Part shown: positions 46,206 through 55,778 of the stretch, piece after piece
Layout: each line of letters starts with the position of its first letter
Position numbering within the stretch: position 1 is the stretch's first letter
NCBI GenBank assembly: GCA_001873435.1
Contig: MNZB01000001.1
Span: 15,573-79,572, forward strand
Source of the DNA: Candidatus Pacebacteria bacterium CG2_30_36_39
Lineage (GTDB): Bacteria > Patescibacteriota > Microgenomatia > UBA1400 > PJMF01
DNA: 64,000 nucleotides
Reading direction: 5' to 3'
Position numbers and translations under genes: made by a program
Notes under the pieces: model-generated
Told to the model about the DNA's origin: nothing
Databases searched by the model: none
The model's input: the letters and a program-made list of their open reading frames with translations, nothing else

Positions 46206-47294
46206 TTATACACCTATTAATTGGTGTTTAAGCAAAATTTGCTTGACTTGTTCGCTATTTTCAGTTCTAACTAATTCAGAGCGGATATCGCTAGCATTGG
46301 GGAAACTTTTAATATACCAAGCTAGGTGTTTGCGCATTGCTAGAAAACGATAGGTTTCGTCATGATGGAAGGCTTGTTCGTGAAGCTGGCTATGTTCTAG
46401 GGCAATTGCTGCACGATTATAAATAGTGTCTAGTTTCTCTCTTTCATCTTCTGGCAGAAAAACCCAAGGATCGCCAAAGGTTGCTCTGCCTATTAATATT
46501 CCATCTACGCCATATTTTTTTGTAGTTTCAATAGCTTGCTCATAATTATGAATGTCTCCATTGCCTAAAATTAAAGTTTTATTTGAATTTTGATGAACGA
46601 CTTCTGCTGCTTTGGCAATTTCTTCCCAACTGGCTAAACCACTATATCCTTGTCTTAAGGTTCTGCCGTGTAGAGCAATAACAGCTGGTTCCATTTCTAG
46701 AATATTACTAATCCACGAATGGACTATGGCCATGTCATAGCCAATGCGAGTTTTAACACTGACCGGAACAATTCTTTCATGTTTTTGATATTCAACCGGT
46801 AGTTTTTGTTGTCTAGCTTCTATTTCAATATGTATGCGATTGGACAGGTTTGGACAGTCACGAACTGTTTGGCCATTTTGCCACTCTTCTACTCCTTGTT
46901 TTGTTGCTGCGATAATTTCTTGAGCTAGTTTGGGGGTTTTGATTAACCCAGCTCCAGCTCCACCTTGAGAAACACTTTTGGCTGGGCAACCCATGTTGAT
47001 ATCAATTCCATCAAAGCCTAGTTGGCATAGGGCTATTGCGGTTTGACGGAAAAAGTCAGGGGTAATGCCATAGATTTGGGCTATGATTGGTCGTTGAGTT
47101 TCATCGTAAAGAAAATCTGTGAGAGGTTTTTTTACTCCACGACAGAAGCCTTCTACGGTAGCGAATTCAGTATAGATTACGTCAGGATTACCATGTTTCT
47201 TGATGATTTGACGAAATGGTTGGTCAGTAACTCCATCCATTGGCGAAAGGCCGATGATGGGTTTGTTTAATTTTTGCCAAAAACTAAGTTCCAT
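46206..47294 (-). CDS. dus: tRNA-dihydrouridine synthase
   Basis: TIM-barrel Dus motifs LSPMDGVTD and catalytic MGCP. Confidence 0.88.
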   Translation of the reverse strand: MELSFWQKLNKPIIGLSPMDGVTDQPFRQIIKKHGNPDVIYTEFATVEGFCRGVKKPLTDFLYDETQRPIIAQIYGITPDFFRQTAIALCQLGFDGIDINMGCPAKSVSQGGAGAGLIKTPKLAQEIIAATKQGVEEWQNGQTVRDCPNLSNRIHIEIEARQQKLPVEYQKHERIVPVSVKTRIGYDMAIVHSWISNILEMEPAVIALHGRTLRQGYSGLASWEEIAKAAEVVHQNSNKTLILGNGDIHNYEQAIETTKKYGVDGILIGRATFGDPWVFLPEDEREKLDTIYNRAAIALEHSQLHEQAFHHDETYRFLAMRKHLAWYIKSFPNASDIRSELVRTENSEQVKQILLKHQLIGV

Positions 47295-47344
47295 ATCAGG
47301 TATTATACGGGATTATTGGTTTAAGATATAATTTGAAACGTATT

Positions 47345-47416
47345 GCGGGCGTAGTACAGTGGTAGTATGTCTGCTTCCCAAGCAGAAGATCGCGGGTTCG
47401 AACCCCGTCGCCCGCT
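47345..47416 (+). tRNA. tRNA-Gly (anticodon CCC)
   Basis: Acceptor gcgggcg/cgcccgc; anticodon stem tctgc/gcaga; loop ttCCCaa. Confidence 0.88.
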
Positions 47417-47419
47417 CAA

Positions 47420-47968
47420 TTAATTAGAAAATTTAATAACTTTTTTCGGTTTCATTCTAAGATTTGTTTTGCCATGCTCTCTTAGTTTATCAATAGCTTT
47501 GCTCCAAATGGCATCTCTTTGTGCTTCTGAACCAGAGAATTCAACAGGACAACTATTATCTATTAACATCAGTATTTGATTCATTGTTTTTAAAAACTTC
47601 AAAGTATCTGGTCTCAACCTTTCTTCTTTAGTAGCAACATTTGATTTGCCAGTCTTTAATAGCTCATCCCAAAAGGTAAAGTTAATTTCCAGAGACTCAA
47701 AACTATTGGTTTGTGGAGCATTTTTGAAAACAAAAAGAACAGCTCTCTCATAGCCCTTCAATATGTAAAGAGAACCATTTATTTCATAGCCACTATGTTG
47801 TCTTTTTTGATAAAGACAAAGATCTGGATTGTTTCTAATAAAATCAACAACTGGTTGACCAATTATCTCGATTAATTTTTTGTATTCCAATGGACTGCAA
47901 TATTCAAATACTCCAGCAATAATAGAAAACTCTCTTGGATTTTGGCTTAAAACATCTACTTCAATCAT
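47420..47968 (-). CDS. Hypothetical protein (182 aa)
   Basis: ORF convergent with tRNA-Gly across a 3-nt gap; no recognisable motif. Confidence 0.45.
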   Translation of the reverse strand: MIEVDVLSQNPREFSIIAGVFEYCSPLEYKKLIEIIGQPVVDFIRNNPDLCLYQKRQHSGYEINGSLYILKGYERAVLFVFKNAPQTNSFESLEINFTFWDELLKTGKSNVATKEERLRPDTLKFLKTMNQILMLIDNSCPVEFSGSEAQRDAIWSKAIDKLREHGKTNLRMKPKKVIKFSN

Positions 47969-47981
47969 ATGAAGAATTTAA

Positions 47982-48284
47982 CTATTTGTTCTCTTTTTTA
48001 ATTGTATTCCAATGATAAAGATAAAGTGGTGCACCAACGATAATCAAAGATAAACTAGTACTAAGCTGTCTCTTTTTTTGATCAAGTTGCTCTACTTCAA
48101 AACGCTTTTTGCTTTCATCTTGAGAAATAGCAGGGATAGATTCCGGATAATAAGGATATTCACTGACTCTAAAAACATAAGTTTTTATTGTTAAATCTGC
48201 AATTTGAATACTACCAATCACAGTAATTAACAACCCAACAAAAGAAAATAAATAAAGATATAAAAGACGCAAGCTAAATTTCAT
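47982..48284 (-). CDS. Hypothetical two-TM membrane protein (100 aa)
   Basis: N- and C-terminal hydrophobic helices; upstream partner of the 182-aa ORF. Confidence 0.45.
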   Translation of the reverse strand: MKFSLRLLYLYLFSFVGLLITVIGSIQIADLTIKTYVFRVSEYPYYPESIPAISQDESKKRFEVEQLDQKKRQLSTSLSLIIVGAPLYLYHWNTIKKENK

Positions 48285-48426
48285 AAATAGTTTCCTCTCC
48301 TGATCTAACTATACTCTTGGGCAAATAAATGGACAAGCCGGTCGATAAAATAATATTATTTGTACGGCAGTGATACTAGGCTCAAATCATGCAATTATTA
48401 AGATTTGAATAAGGTACAATCAAACC

Positions 48427-48942
48427 ATGAAATACAGTTTGTGGCTAATTCCTCCAGAACCAATTTTTACCAAGTTACAACAAATTATCAATGATAAAAG
48501 CTTAGAAAATCATACTCCAAGTTTTGAACCTCACCTAACCTTACTTTCTAATATTGAAACTGATCTAAATGATTTAATAAATTCTTGTAATAATTTTTTT
48601 TCTTTGGAAAAGCCCATTAGCCTTAGCTTAAGTGAAGTATCATTTAGCACTACATATTTTCAGGCAGTGTTTGTTAGGGTTAAAGCAAATGCTCAATTAA
48701 TGAGTTTAAATCTCAAACTAAAAAAAGCTCTTGGACTAATTGAGAACGTATATATGCCACACATCAGTCTTTGCTATGACGACAGTTTTTCAATGGAAAA
48801 TAGAGAAAAAATGGTTAATGAAATAAATTTGACTTCAGATGAATTTATAGTTGGAGAAGTAGTAATTGTGCCTTCAGTTCCAAATCCAAATGATTGGCAT
48901 CATTTGGCAAAAATATCACTTGGAGAAAAACCTTTAAGCTAG
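48427..48942 (+). CDS. 2H phosphoesterase superfamily protein (LigT/2'-5' RNA ligase-like cyclic phosphodiesterase)
   Basis: Two H-x-(T/S)-x motifs (PHLTL and PHISL) with the correct spacing; 171 aa. Confidence 0.7.
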   Translation: MKYSLWLIPPEPIFTKLQQIINDKSLENHTPSFEPHLTLLSNIETDLNDLINSCNNFFSLEKPISLSLSEVSFSTTYFQAVFVRVKANAQLMSLNLKLKKALGLIENVYMPHISLCYDDSFSMENREKMVNEINLTSDEFIVGEVVIVPSVPNPNDWHHLAKISLGEKPLS

Positions 48943-48981
48943 TTTTTCAACTCTTCAAGTTGTAAAATCACTTTTAATAAT

Positions 48982-49054
48982 GCCAGAATAGCTCAGTTGG
49001 TAGAGCAACGGTATCGTAAACCGTAGGTCAAGGGTCCGACTCCCTTTTCTGGCT
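48982..49054 (+). tRNA. tRNA-Thr (anticodon CGT)
   Basis: Acceptor gccagaa/ttctggc; anticodon stem acggt/accgt; loop atCGTaa. Confidence 0.88.
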
Positions 49055-49070
49055 CAATAAAAACATATCT

Positions 49071-49475
49071 ATGGAAACACTAAAAAAATTATTACAATTT
49101 AAACCAGTTGATGTTGGAGCTGATTCTTTGGCAATTGAAGAGGCTTTGGAAAAAAGAAAAGAAGCTGTCAAACAAACAATAATTACTGCTGTAGAAAATA
49201 GAGATAAAGAAGGTTTGGTCGAGGCTCTTCAAGAAGTAAATGAATTATTTACTAGACCAGGTAGAGCAACTGGAGAATTATTGCTTCACCTGATACATTT
49301 TGTTGAGGAGTTTCTTGAGGAACTAGAAAGAAAAGACGGGCGAGGCTCACAGATTTTTTATATTAATGATGGCGGCATTTCTCGTCTTCAAATTGATACC
49401 CTAACAGGTTCTGTGAGATTAGAATTAACAGCTAGCTCTGATGATAAACTAAAAGCAGAGTGGAATAAATATTAA
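49071..49475 (+). CDS. Hypothetical protein (134 aa)
   Basis: ORF 16 nt after tRNA-Thr; no motif. Confidence 0.45.
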   Translation: METLKKLLQFKPVDVGADSLAIEEALEKRKEAVKQTIITAVENRDKEGLVEALQEVNELFTRPGRATGELLLHLIHFVEEFLEELERKDGRGSQIFYINDGGISRLQIDTLTGSVRLELTASSDDKLKAEWNKY

Positions 49476-49491
49476 GGGTATAATTAGTTTT

Positions 49492-50205
49492 ATGCAAAGA
49501 ACTCCATCATCTAGATTAGCTCGCAATCAAGGCAAGAAAATTGCTCGACAATCAATAACGATGATTATTTTTTCAATTGGTGTCGTTATCTTATTTTTCT
49601 TTGTTTTAATGCCCAGGCTTATTGATTTATTTTTTAATTTTTTAGGCACAGGAGACTTGAGTTTTAATAATGATGACGAAATAGCTCCACAAATTCCTGT
49701 TGTCTTACAACTTCCAGAAGCAACAAAAGAAAGTAAATTAAAAGTCGAAGGCTATGCTGAGGCAGAGAGCCAAGTTATTTTTGTGCAGAATGGCGAAAAG
49801 AAAGATGAAGTCAAAGTAGATGACAAAGGATCGTTTTCCTACGAATTAACATTATCTGAGGGTGAAAATTTAATTGGTTTATATAGTAGAGACGAAGCCA
49901 AAAATGAATCTGTTGTTAAAGAGTTTAAAATTAATCTTGATACAGAAGCTCCTGGATTGGAATTAGAAAATTTAACTGATAATCAACAAATCATTCTTAA
50001 AGCCAATCAAAATTATGAAATAAAGGGCAAAACAGAGCCTCATGCAAAACTCTCGATTAATGATCGATCTGTCTACGTGGATTCTGAAGGAAATTTTCGC
50101 ACCAACTATTATTTATCTGAGGGTGATAATCAATTAAAATTTATAGTTGAAGACCAAGCTGGAAATAAGATTGAACGAGAAGTTAGAGTTAATTTCCGCT
50201 ACTAA
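49492..50205 (+). CDS. Membrane-anchored protein with a probable Ig-like beta-sandwich ectodomain
   Basis: N-terminal TM (IIFSIGVVILFFFVLM), then a beta-rich region with repeated ...EGEN/EGDN... segments. Confidence 0.5.
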   Translation: MQRTPSSRLARNQGKKIARQSITMIIFSIGVVILFFFVLMPRLIDLFFNFLGTGDLSFNNDDEIAPQIPVVLQLPEATKESKLKVEGYAEAESQVIFVQNGEKKDEVKVDDKGSFSYELTLSEGENLIGLYSRDEAKNESVVKEFKINLDTEAPGLELENLTDNQQIILKANQNYEIKGKTEPHAKLSINDRSVYVDSEGNFRTNYYLSEGDNQLKFIVEDQAGNKIEREVRVNFRY

Positions 50206-51313
50206 CCTTTTTATTTATATTTTTTGTTCCCCACAACATTAGAAATACAAATGGTTGTAATAATGTGTTGTTAAATAAGCTATGGATAAATGTGGCTAAG
50301 AGTAAAATTGTCCACAATTGATTTTCTTGCCATAAAAGTGGTAGCCATTTTTTTAGTAAGAAAATAAAAACTACAACACCAATAATTCCAACTGCATTAA
50401 TGAGCATAATAGGAAAGCTATCTGGTAATTGAGCATGATTATTAGTGTAACTTTCTTTTTCTGCATCACTATTAAATAATCCTCTACCCCAAAGCCATTG
50501 AGTGCCATTTAACGAGATTAGAGCCTCTTTTGAGTTCACTCCTCTAGCCTCAATCGTACTAGTTCTATTTAAATTCACTCCTTCACCACCTGGCTTTGGC
50601 AAGATCAATAAAGTCAAAATTGCTATTCCACCCAAAAGAATCCATTTCCAATTTTTGTCTTTTAACCATTTCCAAGTCAAAATGATAGCCAAAGCTAAAT
50701 AACTAGCTCTAGAAAAAGTCGCTACGATCGCAATTATTAGAATAATTTGAATAATGAAGATTTGCCACCAACCAAAGGCAATAGCTAAAATCATGCCAGT
50801 AAAAGCTGGGTCTAGGGTGGTGCTAATTAAGCGATAGTAGTGATTGTCCCAACCAAAGATATTTAAAAAACGAGTATCTGGCATTAAAAAATATTGTAAT
50901 AAACCCCAAATTGCTATTGCCAAGCCAACTAGCATAAAACCAATTTTTTTATCATATTTAAATTTGGTTTTATTTAAGCTCCAAACAAAGAAACTATAAC
51001 TAATTATTCTAAAGAGATATAAAAAGCTTTTTGGTCCAACTCTATTTTCAAACAAACCAATAAGCATTCCAAATAAAACAACGACAATCATTAACAATTC
51101 TAGTTTATAAGATTGCCAGTTTTTTATTTTAATTTTTAGATGATTATTTATTAACCACCAAATAATAAATAATAAAATTAAAAGATCATGTCCATAAAAT
51201 GCAATGTTGTTACTAAGTTGAATGCGTTGTAACTGACCAAAAGAGATGGTTATTAGAAAAAAAGTTAACAAACTAGTTGGTAAGTCAGCAAATATTTGCC
51301 TAACGATTTTCAT
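50189..51313 (-). CDS. O-antigen ligase-like (Wzy_C family) polytopic membrane protein
   Basis: ~10 TM helices; ATFSRASYLALAI motif typical of the WaaL/Wzy_C loop. Confidence 0.65.
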   Translation of the reverse strand: MKIVRQIFADLPTSLLTFFLITISFGQLQRIQLSNNIAFYGHDLLILLFIIWWLINNHLKIKIKNWQSYKLELLMIVVVLFGMLIGLFENRVGPKSFLYLFRIISYSFFVWSLNKTKFKYDKKIGFMLVGLAIAIWGLLQYFLMPDTRFLNIFGWDNHYYRLISTTLDPAFTGMILAIAFGWWQIFIIQIILIIAIVATFSRASYLALAIILTWKWLKDKNWKWILLGGIAILTLLILPKPGGEGVNLNRTSTIEARGVNSKEALISLNGTQWLWGRGLFNSDAEKESYTNNHAQLPDSFPIMLINAVGIIGVVVFIFLLKKWLPLLWQENQLWTILLLATFIHSLFNNTLLQPFVFLMLWGTKNINKKVSSGN

Positions 51314-52058
51314 AAGAAAAAACTCTTACCATTATTGAGTGAAGACTCATTATTGTGGCATAAATTAAACCACGCCATCCGTCTAAAAAACCTAATTTAA
51401 ATAAATAGTTATATAAAAACTTTGCTTTTGGATAGGCTATGGTTTTTATTCCTAGTGATCTTGGATTTAATTTATCATCATTTTGGTATTCAGCTTCAAG
51501 GTTGGCATATCGAACGATATCTCTGATAAATTCAGTTATGTTTTGGTGCGAATGATGGAGTATTTGGATCATTGTTTGCTCAGTTTCTCCATTAACTCTT
51601 GCTGATTCATGAACTGGTCTTAGATATTTAGCTTTGTTTCTGCGAATTAATCTTAAGAATTTAACACCGCCAGTTTCTCCGAAACGCAAAATTTTGTTGT
51701 AAAAAATGTCATTGCGTTGGATAAAATAACCATCAATTTCTTCACTAGAAATTGATTCAGCAATTTCATCCCAACTTTCAGACAAAATTTCTTCATCACT
51801 ATCTAGAAAAAACACCCAATTTTGTTTTGCCTCTTTTAAAGCAAGATTTCTTTCCTGGGCAAAGTTATTAATTGGTCCTTTGCGATTTATAACTTTAAAG
51901 TGAAATTCTTTTTTTAGTTTTTGCCAATCATTCTGACTATCAAAATCAAGAATTAATATTTCAGTAGCTGGCTGGGCAGATTTTAATGATTTAATAAATC
52001 GACTATCATTGCGGTGAGTTAAGATGATGACGCTTAAGGTTAAATTTTGAGATTTCAT
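51300..52058 (-). CDS. Family 2 glycosyltransferase
   Basis: LSVIILTHRN, DFDSQND and the DxD-like FLDSDEE motif. Confidence 0.8.
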   Translation of the reverse strand: MKSQNLTLSVIILTHRNDSRFIKSLKSAQPATEILILDFDSQNDWQKLKKEFHFKVINRKGPINNFAQERNLALKEAKQNWVFFLDSDEEILSESWDEIAESISSEEIDGYFIQRNDIFYNKILRFGETGGVKFLRLIRRNKAKYLRPVHESARVNGETEQTMIQILHHSHQNITEFIRDIVRYANLEAEYQNDDKLNPRSLGIKTIAYPKAKFLYNYLFKLGFLDGWRGLIYATIMSLHSIMVRVFSYENR

Positions 52059-53272
52059 TTTTCTTTACGCAGTATACCAACAAGGATCAAAGGTAGTCCA
52101 ATAAATCTGGCTACTAAAATTCCATAAACTCCACCCAATAATTGATAACTATTTCCCCACCAAATAATTAAGATGAACATAATAGATAAGGTTGTCATTA
52201 GATGAAAATTTAAGATTTTATATTGTTTTCTAGCTAAAAATAAAGCGTAGCTAAGGTTGCTCACGCTTTGTAAAATTCCAGCAAAAACTAAAGGTCTAAC
52301 TAATGGAATCACCTCTAGCCATTGATTACCTAAAACAAAGGTAACGAAGAATTTTGGAAATAAAATTAATGGTAAAGAAGCGAAGCTAATAAATGCTACT
52401 AATGCAAATAAAGATCTTAAAAAAGCTCTGTGCAAACGCATTGGTGAATCAGCAAGTTGAGCAAAAGCAGGGAGAGTACTGTGGTGAGCTGATTTTGAAA
52501 AATCATAATTAGCTTTATGGCTCATGGCATAAGCATTATGGTAAATACCCAAAGCATGTGTTCCGAAGATTTTGCCCAAAACAAAGTCATCAGCGTTCTC
52601 ATTAAGATAATTTAAGACTGTAGAGATGCTTAGCCATTTGGCATTGTTTAAAATTGTTTTACCCTTGGATGGTATATAGGCAAATTTTGGCTTTAGTTGA
52701 AAAAATATAAAAGAAATTATTACTTCATAAATAGCACTAATTACTAAAGCCCAAACTAATGACCAAACTGAATGAGTAAGCATGCCCAAAATAACTGCTG
52801 CTAAACTTTCTACCAATACTAAAGAAAATCGATAGACACTATCTTGAAAAAACTGCATTTCTTTGTGTAGTGTCACAATGTATGGATTAATAAAACCTTT
52901 AATCACTGGTACTAAGGCAGCGACTGTGATGAGGCCAAGTAGTTTTGGTTCATGGTAGTAGCCTTGCATAAATAAGCCCATTAAAAGCATGATGCTACCA
53001 ATTGCAAAGCCACGAATAATGGCAATTACCCAAGCAGTATCAAGGAAATACTTAACTGATTGTTTTGATTGGAGGATGGTTACGTTAATTCCAGTTTGAG
53101 TTAAGCTTTCAGTTATTCCTAGGGTAATAGCAGTCAAAGAAAAGAGACCAAAGGCTTCTGGATTAAGCAAGCGAGCCAAGATGTACATCTTTATCATGGC
53201 AACGCCAACCAGCAAACCTTTGTATAGAGTTTGCCAACTAAAGCCAGCCAAAGTTTTTTGGGTGTAATTCAC
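52055..53272 (-). CDS. Polysaccharide biosynthesis protein / oligosaccharide flippase (Wzx/MOP-like)
   Basis: 405 aa, ~12 TM helices. Confidence 0.7.
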   Translation of the reverse strand: MNYTQKTLAGFSWQTLYKGLLVGVAMIKMYILARLLNPEAFGLFSLTAITLGITESLTQTGINVTILQSKQSVKYFLDTAWVIAIIRGFAIGSIMLLMGLFMQGYYHEPKLLGLITVAALVPVIKGFINPYIVTLHKEMQFFQDSVYRFSLVLVESLAAVILGMLTHSVWSLVWALVISAIYEVIISFIFFQLKPKFAYIPSKGKTILNNAKWLSISTVLNYLNENADDFVLGKIFGTHALGIYHNAYAMSHKANYDFSKSAHHSTLPAFAQLADSPMRLHRAFLRSLFALVAFISFASLPLILFPKFFVTFVLGNQWLEVIPLVRPLVFAGILQSVSNLSYALFLARKQYKILNFHLMTTLSIMFILIIWWGNSYQLLGGVYGILVARFIGLPLILVGILRKEK

Positions 53273-53304
53273 AATTTTATTATAGAGGAAGTTTTAGCTC
53301 TTGG

Positions 53305-54291
53305 TTATATTGTATTTTTTTTACAATTATTACTAATATCTTTTGTAATGGATTGTAAAATTGCTTTTTGTATAGTTTGGTGTCCTATTTCGTTTGGATG
53401 ATTATCTGAAAAAATTTGTTTTAAATCAAAAATGTTGGGAACATTTTGTCTAAAATCCATATTTGGAAAAGTTTCTTGTCTTTTTTCTAAAGCATCAGAA
53501 TGTTCTTTGTTTAATTGTTTTTCAAAACCAAAAAACACAACCTTTTTAATATCAATTAATTCAAAAAAATTTTTCAAATGTTCATTAATTTTTTTTGAAT
53601 ATTCAGCAAAACCAATTTCATCAATTAATTGTTTTTCTACTTGAAGCCAACATTCTCTGTATTTATCATAAAAATTCAATTCATTATTATTTTCTTTTTC
53701 CAGGCAAGCTAGAATAATTGGTTCTGTTAATTCTTTATTTCTAGTAAATCCGGTACCACTTTCCAACCAAATAACTAGATCTGGGTTATATTTTTGTCCT
53801 GAAATTCTATATCTTTCTACAATATACGGAATTCCATAACCAAAAACTCCCAAATTAATTACTTCAAATTTTTTGTTTTCACAAAAAGCTAGCTGATTGT
53901 TATTTAGCTCATTTTCTAATAATTCGGTCCAGTTATTTTTAGTATCTACATTTTGTCCAAAAGTAAACGAATCCCCTAGGGTAATTATTCTAAATACATT
54001 AGGTTGTTTTTCCAAAGAGTAATCATTTGTTTCATGTAAGCCGTCTGAATTGTAGTTATATGTTATTTCTTTATTAAGCCAAATATTTTTTTCAACCAAA
54101 TTATTTTTTAAGCTATAGAAATATTTGAATTTTGATTTAGTTAATTCTCCATTAATAATAAATTCGCTATTTATTTTTGTAGTAATTGGTTTTTTGTTGA
54201 ATAAAATAAAATATTTATTAACAAATATCCATCCCACTGCCAACTCAAGTATTAATATTATTGCTAATATTAATTTGTATTTCATAAACAA
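53305..54291 (-). CDS. Membrane-anchored SGNH/GDSL hydrolase
   Basis: Block I ITLGDSFTFG and block V DNHPNEIGH; N-terminal TM. Confidence 0.7.
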   Translation of the reverse strand: MFMKYKLILAIILILELAVGWIFVNKYFILFNKKPITTKINSEFIINGELTKSKFKYFYSLKNNLVEKNIWLNKEITYNYNSDGLHETNDYSLEKQPNVFRIITLGDSFTFGQNVDTKNNWTELLENELNNNQLAFCENKKFEVINLGVFGYGIPYIVERYRISGQKYNPDLVIWLESGTGFTRNKELTEPIILACLEKENNNELNFYDKYRECWLQVEKQLIDEIGFAEYSKKINEHLKNFFELIDIKKVVFFGFEKQLNKEHSDALEKRQETFPNMDFRQNVPNIFDLKQIFSDNHPNEIGHQTIQKAILQSITKDISNNCKKNTI

Positions 54292-54328
54292 TGTTTTCCC
54301 CTACTCGTCACTTTGCAAAAGTGGCATA

Positions 54329-54925
54329 ATGTTTTCTATTATGGCAACTATCTCGCAAAAAGTTGGTTCTTTTTTTACAGACTTGATGGAAACAGTAGTT
54401 ATTTCTGCTTCAATCTTTTTAATTGTATATTTATTTTTCTTACAACCTCATCAGGTAAATGGACAATCAATGGTACCAAACTTTCAAAATGGTGAATATG
54501 TCTTGACGGATAAAATTAGTTATAAAATTGGCAATCCAAAACGAGGAGATATTGTTGTTTTTCATGCCCCAGAAGCTGCTCACTGTGCCCAAGGAACTGG
54601 TTGTGATTTTATTAAACGTATCTTAGCTGTCCCAGGAGATACTTTAGAGGTAAAAAACAATGCTATTTATGTAAATGGCAAACAGTTACCAGAACCATAT
54701 ATTCCAGCAGACTTCAAAGTTTTACCAGGAAACTACACCAAAAATGGCCCAGTCGTCATGGGTCCAAACAATTACTTTGCTTCTGGAGACAATAGGCCAT
54801 ATTCAAGCGACTCAAGAACTTGGGGTCCTATTACTAAGCAAGACATTGTTGGCAAGGTATTTTTTCGTTATTGGCCACCAGCAGTTATGGGTCCAATTCA
54901 TTCTGCTACATATTCTAATTTTTAA
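54329..54925 (+). CDS. lepB: Signal peptidase I
   Basis: Catalytic Ser box GQSMVPN, Lys box KRILAVPGD, and GDNRPYSSDSR. Start placed at an internal Met after the divergent gene; the ORF-track start at 54125 would overlap the SGNH gene. Confidence 0.8.
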   Translation: MFSIMATISQKVGSFFTDLMETVVISASIFLIVYLFFLQPHQVNGQSMVPNFQNGEYVLTDKISYKIGNPKRGDIVVFHAPEAAHCAQGTGCDFIKRILAVPGDTLEVKNNAIYVNGKQLPEPYIPADFKVLPGNYTKNGPVVMGPNNYFASGDNRPYSSDSRTWGPITKQDIVGKVFFRYWPPAVMGPIHSATYSNF

Positions 54926-54985
54926 TAATGATAAAACTTTTAATAATATTTCTAATCATTAAAGTATTTCCCAAGATTACTGCCT

Positions 54986-55714
54986 TTATAAAATCTTTCT
55001 GGCGTAAGACAAAGTCTTAACTCCAGTTATTTTATGGGCATTTTCAACTGAAAAATCTGCTATTTTTGTACGCCTCAACTCAGTAATTACTGCTCCCACA
55101 CCTAGTTGTTTACCTAAATCATGAATTAATGAGCGAATATAAGTTCCAGATCCAACGGTTGCTTCAATAGTTATGTAAATTACCTTATTTTTAAGGTCTT
55201 TTTGTAATTTTGTAAGAATCAGTGATTCAACAGTAACTTTTTTTTGGGGCAAACTATCTAGATCCAAGGTTTTTTTCAAAGCCTTACGATAAAGCTTTTG
55301 ACCATTCATCTTAATAGCAGAAAACGCCGGCACAGTTTGAAAGAAATCTCCTCTATAAGATTTTAGAGCCAACTCAACTATGCTAGAAGTTATGTTCTTT
55401 AATTTTTCCCAATCAGCCTTATTAATAATTGTTCCAGTACTATCATAAGTATCTGTTTCGATCCCAAGTTGGGCGGTGCAAACATAAGTTTTCTTTTTTT
55501 TAAGAAAAACATCTTGCAGCTTAGTGTAATTTCTACCAACTAAAATAATTAATAAGCCTGATGCTAAGGGATCTAAAGTGCCAGAATGTCCAACCTTTCT
55601 AATTCCTGTGACATTACGTATATAATTCACAGCATTATGACTGCTAATGCCAGTGGGTTTATCAATTAAAAAGATACCTTCTGTGCCAGTAGCTGGTGGT
55701 TTGATTTGAGGAAT
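54986..55714 (-). CDS. truB: tRNA pseudouridine(55) synthase TruB; start codon uncertain and non-canonical
   Basis: GHSGTLDPLASG catalytic motif. The conserved N-terminus GIFLIDKPTGISSHNAV is encoded upstream of the ORF-track GTG (55630). The open frame runs to a stop at 55751-55753 with no ATG/GTG/TTG in it. Confidence 0.8.
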   Translation of the reverse strand: MPQIKPPATGTEGIFLIDKPTGISSHNAVNYIRNVTGIRKVGHSGTLDPLASGLLIILVGRNYTKLQDVFLKKKKTYVCTAQLGIETDTYDSTGTIINKADWEKLKNITSSIVELALKSYRGDFFQTVPAFSAIKMNGQKLYRKALKKTLDLDSLPQKKVTVESLILTKLQKDLKNKVIYITIEATVGSGTYIRSLIHDLGKQLGVGAVITELRRTKIADFSVENAHKITGVKTLSYARKIL

Positions 55715-55778
55715 AGCTTCAGACGTGAGAGAATTATCTCTGGGTAACGATCATAAAGCAAATCCTTTATATACTCAT

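Noticed and set aside
55725-55778. ORF-track start for murB at 55725 and for lepB at 54125
   Set aside because: Both extended starts would overlap the divergent or convergent neighbouring genes (the truB N-terminus and the SGNH hydrolase start respectively). They add N-terminal sequence not found in orthologs, so internal Met starts were preferred.
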